From Promethearchaeota archaeon (GTDB lineage Archaea; Asgardarchaeota; Lokiarchaeia; Sigyniarchaeales; SOKP01): DNA of 64,000 bases. Below are positions 60,274 through 64,000 of the stretch, piece after piece. Location of the stretch: NCBI GenBank assembly GCA_048938025.1, contig JBHLMP010000007.1:28615-92614 (forward strand), given 5' to 3'. How positions within the stretch are numbered: position 1 is the stretch's first letter; each line of letters opens with the position of its first letter. Both the position numbers and the translations under genes were made by a program. The notes beneath the pieces were generated by a model, which did not search any database, had not been told where the DNA came from, and worked only from the letters and a program-made list of their open reading frames with translations.

Positions 60274-62200
60274 GCCATCCCACCTCCATATCTAATGCGT
60301 TTATAACTGATTTATGTATTGCTCCATTTGGACAAATTTCATAACATACACCACATCTTATACATCTATCATCATCAATCTGCATGGTTTCAACTCCATC
60401 TAATTCAACTCTCCTTATAGCTGGACAGCTAAGGATTCTACTACATTCATGACAAAGCTGACAACCAAAAATTTGGTATGAAATTTCTTGTACTTTTTCT
60501 CCAGCTGTTTCAATCTCCTTTATTTGAGACATTCTCCAGCGATGTGCTTGTAATCCACACTCTCGTTTTATGATGATTACTTTTAAACCTTTAACTTCAA
60601 GGGCTTGTTCTATGGTGTTAGTTAATCTTTTAGGATTATAAGAATCCTCAACTTTTAGCCATGGTACTCCTAAAGCTTTACAAATCTTTTGAATTGACAA
60701 TCTTCCTTCAGTTAATCCTAAAACTGGTTGATGTCCCGTCATCGCAGTCCAACTATTCTCAAAAATAAATAATAGTAAATTTGAATTATAATTTACAGCT
60801 TCTGCTAATGGATTCATTCCAGTATGTAAAAAAGTAGAATCTCCAATAAAAGCAATGACATTTTGATCTGTCTTTGTTGACATCCCAATTGCAGCACTAA
60901 TTCCTCCTGACATACAAATGATTAAATCGCTGCATTCTTGAGGAGGAAAAAAGCTCATAACAAAACAGCCAATACAACCACTAATAATTGTATTTTCTAG
61001 TTGATTTGTTGCTTTTAATATTGCATAAAGAGTTGCTCGTTCAGGACAACCAGCACAAAAAGTAGGAAATCTGCTTGGAACAATGTTTTTATATGAATTA
61101 AAATAATCAATTGCTTTAGTCATCTGCTCACTTGGCTGTTTGTTGAAGATTTTAGCTAGAATTGTTGCTACTAATCCTGTAGAAAATTCATTATACTTAG
61201 GAAAATATTTTTCTCCAATTATTTTTACATTTATCTTGTGATTATGAGCAATTTCAGCAATTTTTACTTCCAAAAATGGTTCAAGTTCTTCAATAATAAT
61301 AACTTTTTCAAGATTATGCAAAAAATCAGTTATTTCCTTGTAGTTTAAAGGATATATTAGACCAAGCTTTAAGACGGGCACATTATTTAATCCTAGCTGG
61401 TTGAGTGCTTCCATTGTGTATCCAAAAGGCATTCCACTTGTTATGATCCCTATCTTATAATCTCCAGGAATTATTTTATTTACATTTAATTCAGGAACAA
61501 TTTCCCTAATTTTTTCTATTCTCTCATATAATCTAATATGGTTGTTTATCGCATGTGGTGGCAATGAATTAAATTTAGGAATATTTCGAACAAATTCTCC
61601 TTTTGCTTTTCCTTTATATAATTTTCCCAATGTTACATATCCTCGAGAATGGGCACTTCGCGTCGATGTTCTGATTTCAAATACAGTATCATATTTTTCA
61701 GAGAGTTCGAAAGCTAGCTTTGTGTAATCCTTACATTCCTGTGGATTTTGAGGTTCAAAACATGGAAAATGAAGCATCCATGTATAAAAACGTTCGTTTT
61801 GTTCTTGGTGGGATCCTAGACTTCCTGGGTCAGCTCCCACAAGAATTACCATTGCCCCAGGATTTGGTCCATTTAATGAGATTACGCTTAAAGCATCACT
61901 TGCGACATTGAAACCTACATGCTTCATAGGATTTAAGACTCTACATCCTGTCCAAGCGGCACCTGCGCATTCTGAAGCAGCTACAGCTTCATTAATTGCC
62001 CAGTGATGAATTAAGTATTTATTTAATTCTGTTTGTTCTCTTAATAATCGCTGGAAAGTCTCTCCTATATCAGATGTAGGAGTACCTGGATATTGTGCTA
62101 TATAACTAACACCTGCTTCAAGACAACCTCTCACAACTGCTTCATTTCCTAACATTAGAGCTTTTCCTTTCTCATCAATAAAACGGTGGTCAAATTTCAT
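60263..62200 (-). CDS. iorA: Indolepyruvate:ferredoxin oxidoreductase alpha subunit
   Basis: LGNEAVVRG, YPGTP, NE, MKHVG, DP, EELEP, PTFCAGCP, IGDSTFLH, TAMTGHQP, two C-terminal ferredoxin motifs. Confidence 0.94.
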   Translation of the reverse strand: MKFDHRFIDEKGKALMLGNEAVVRGCLEAGVSYIAQYPGTPTSDIGETFQRLLREQTELNKYLIHHWAINEAVAASECAGAAWTGCRVLNPMKHVGFNVASDALSVISLNGPNPGAMVILVGADPGSLGSHQEQNERFYTWMLHFPCFEPQNPQECKDYTKLAFELSEKYDTVFEIRTSTRSAHSRGYVTLGKLYKGKAKGEFVRNIPKFNSLPPHAINNHIRLYERIEKIREIVPELNVNKIIPGDYKIGIITSGMPFGYTMEALNQLGLNNVPVLKLGLIYPLNYKEITDFLHNLEKVIIIEELEPFLEVKIAEIAHNHKINVKIIGEKYFPKYNEFSTGLVATILAKIFNKQPSEQMTKAIDYFNSYKNIVPSRFPTFCAGCPERATLYAILKATNQLENTIISGCIGCFVMSFFPPQECSDLIICMSGGISAAIGMSTKTDQNVIAFIGDSTFLHTGMNPLAEAVNYNSNLLLFIFENSWTAMTGHQPVLGLTEGRLSIQKICKALGVPWLKVEDSYNPKRLTNTIEQALEVKGLKVIIIKRECGLQAHRWRMSQIKEIETAGEKVQEISYQIFGCQLCHECSRILSCPAIRRVELDGVETMQIDDDRCIRCGVCYEICPNGAIHKSVINALDMEVGWREL

Positions 62201-62297
62201 AAATCTATCCCAAAAGATATTTTTAAAAATAATCTATAGATAAAAAGCCAAATGAAAAGAAAAAATTTATGGATGTTAAGTTGAAAATTTTGATTAT

Positions 62298-62831
62298 TTA
62301 AACCTTTACTGCATTTTCCATCATTTTGCGGGTAATTAGCTCAAATACTTCTTCAACATTATCACCAGTTTTAGATGAACACTCAATATATCCATCTAAG
62401 TTGTGAAATTTTGATACCTCAATAGCATCTTCAGGAGGTACAGAACGCTTTTCATCTAAATCTAACTTGCCCCCAACCATAATAATTGGTATTTGAAGCT
62501 GTTTTTTCGATGCGCCCTGCTTAAAAAAAGAGAGCCAATCATCTATATTTTTCATGGTGGTATATCTTGTTATGTCAAACATAAAAATACCTCCATCTGC
62601 TCCCTTAGCAAAGCTAGGTAAAAGAACTCTAAAACGATCTTCCCCAGCAAAATCCCAAATACGAAGAACTACTGTTTTTCCCTCATTCTCTAATTCTTTA
62701 ACACTAAAATCTGCTCCTATTGTCATCTTTAAATCCTCATCAAATACTCGAGTAAGAAATCTATGTGTTAATGTGGTCTTTCCGACTCCACCATCACCAA
62801 AGAGGCATAATTTAAATTTTAATTTTCCCAC
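62298..62831 (-). CDS. Rab-like small GTPase
   Basis: GDGGVGKTT, TIGADF, IWDFAGEDRF, GKLD (G4 variant), ECSSKTGDNV; no prenylation Cys. Confidence 0.92.
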   Translation of the reverse strand: MGKLKFKLCLFGDGGVGKTTLTHRFLTRVFDEDLKMTIGADFSVKELENEGKTVVLRIWDFAGEDRFRVLLPSFAKGADGGIFMFDITRYTTMKNIDDWLSFFKQGASKKQLQIPIIMVGGKLDLDEKRSVPPEDAIEVSKFHNLDGYIECSSKTGDNVEEVFELITRKMMENAVKV

Positions 62832-62943
62832 TACTAGAACACCGTATTAATCTAGAAATCTTATAAAATAAATAATTATCATTAATCTTATTTAAACTAA
62901 ATGTATAATAAATTTTTAAAAAGTCACAATCAACTTTATCTAA

Positions 62944-63375
62944 TTATTTAATGATATCTGTTATAAAACAAGTTTCTATTATCTTAATTCCTTGGATTTG
63001 TGAAATTTTTTCTTCAATAAGTGGATTAAACTCTTCAATTGATGGAATGTCAACTTTCAATAATAAACCGCAATCTCCCGATAACCGCCAAATATTAGAA
63101 ACTTCATTAAGTTCGCATAAATCTCTCAAGATTCGTTTAATCTCCTTAAAATCGGGAATAATTTTTACGGTGGCACTAACTTTTTGTTTTGTATCTATAT
63201 TATACTCAACTGTAAAGCGCTGTATAATACCCTCATCAAGGAGTTTCTTAACACGCCTTCGTACTGTAGCCTCTGTTTTATCTATCTTTTTACTGATATC
63301 ATTGAATGAAATTCTACTATTACTTTTTAATTCCTCTAAAATTTTGAGATCGATTAAATCTATTTTTTTCGACAA
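62944..63375 (-). CDS. Lrp/AsnC family transcriptional regulator
   Basis: IDLIDLKILEELKSNSR, TEATVRRRVKKL, LSGD. Confidence 0.92.
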   Translation of the reverse strand: MSKKIDLIDLKILEELKSNSRISFNDISKKIDKTEATVRRRVKKLLDEGIIQRFTVEYNIDTKQKVSATVKIIPDFKEIKRILRDLCELNEVSNIWRLSGDCGLLLKVDIPSIEEFNPLIEEKISQIQGIKIIETCFITDIIK

Positions 63376-64000
63376 TTTTTAAACTTTTTTTGTTGAATTC
63401 TTACAACTTAATTATAAATTGTGATAAATAATATAATAAATTATGTCTTTCTCAAAAAAAAAATTAAGTCCGTAATTTTTAACTTACTTTTAATATTGAA
63501 TTATTATCTAAATCTTCAACGATATTTTTTTTATCTTGGAATTATTAACATGATAAAATATTTCTATTATGATCTAGATTGATCATCACAATCCTAGTAT
63601 TTATCATGATTCAAAATTTTAAAATTTTTAATTTTCAGAATCTTTAATATTTTTTAATATTATTAAAATAATTAAATTATTTTTTGTTTTTCTAAAATAA
63701 TTATTAATATTGATCATCCTGCTATTCAAAATATTATACAATTCGAGTTTGAATTATTAATATGTAGATTTTGTTACTTTGTATATTAGTTTTTCAAAAA
63801 AGTGGGTGAATTAGATCATCAAATTTGCTTTGAATATCAGAAAGTTGTATAATGATCAATTGCAAGATAGAGGTCGGATATTTTTATATAAATCAAAAGT
63901 TTTTTTGTTTGAGATAAACAAAAATGATCATATTTAAATATAAGTTTGTCTAATTATAATCATAGATACAAAATTATTATTTTAATATCATAATAAAAAA

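Noticed and set aside
62951-63382. 143-aa antisense ORF overlapping the Lrp gene
   Set aside because: Mirror-frame shadow of a clear Lrp gene, with no motifs
1-64000. tRNA, rRNA, CRISPR arrays, transposases or integrases
   Set aside because: No GC-rich cloverleaf or rRNA-like tract, regularly spaced repeat or recombinase motif was recognised by eye; a covariance-model scan would be needed to exclude small RNAs

Overview
AT-rich archaeal chromosome segment, most consistent with an Asgard archaeon (Lokiarchaeia-like). Evidence for this: archaeal information genes (rpoD-rpl18e-rpl13-rps9, aEF-1beta, thermosome, Lsm, Rio2, TrmI, Clp1) occur alongside eukaryote-signature-like genes (Rag/Arf-type GTPase with a roadblock/longin-like tail, Rab-like GTPase, pseudo-GTPase, gelsolin-like domain, eukaryote-type PPP phosphatase). 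Energy genes include an HdrA-HdrA-MvhD fusion with hdrC, GTP-PEPCK, porGDAB split by three tandem PAS histidine kinases, and iorAB. mutS and mutL are also present. I recognised no tRNA, rRNA, CRISPR array or transposase. The strongest signal is in iorB, which is interrupted by a 31-nt, stop-containing, frame-breaking insert (60111-60141). Both insert ends fall at the cut positions of a bulge-helix-bulge fold closed by a 15-bp exon-exon stem, making it a candidate tRNA-type intron in a metabolic mRNA. Other leads: a circularly permuted ATP-grasp ligase next to an M14-like carboxypeptidase (possible peptide-tag writer/eraser), a membrane-anchored gelsolin-like protein, and two genes that appear to start at AUA. 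All calls come from motif recognition by eye; no searches or folding programs were run.
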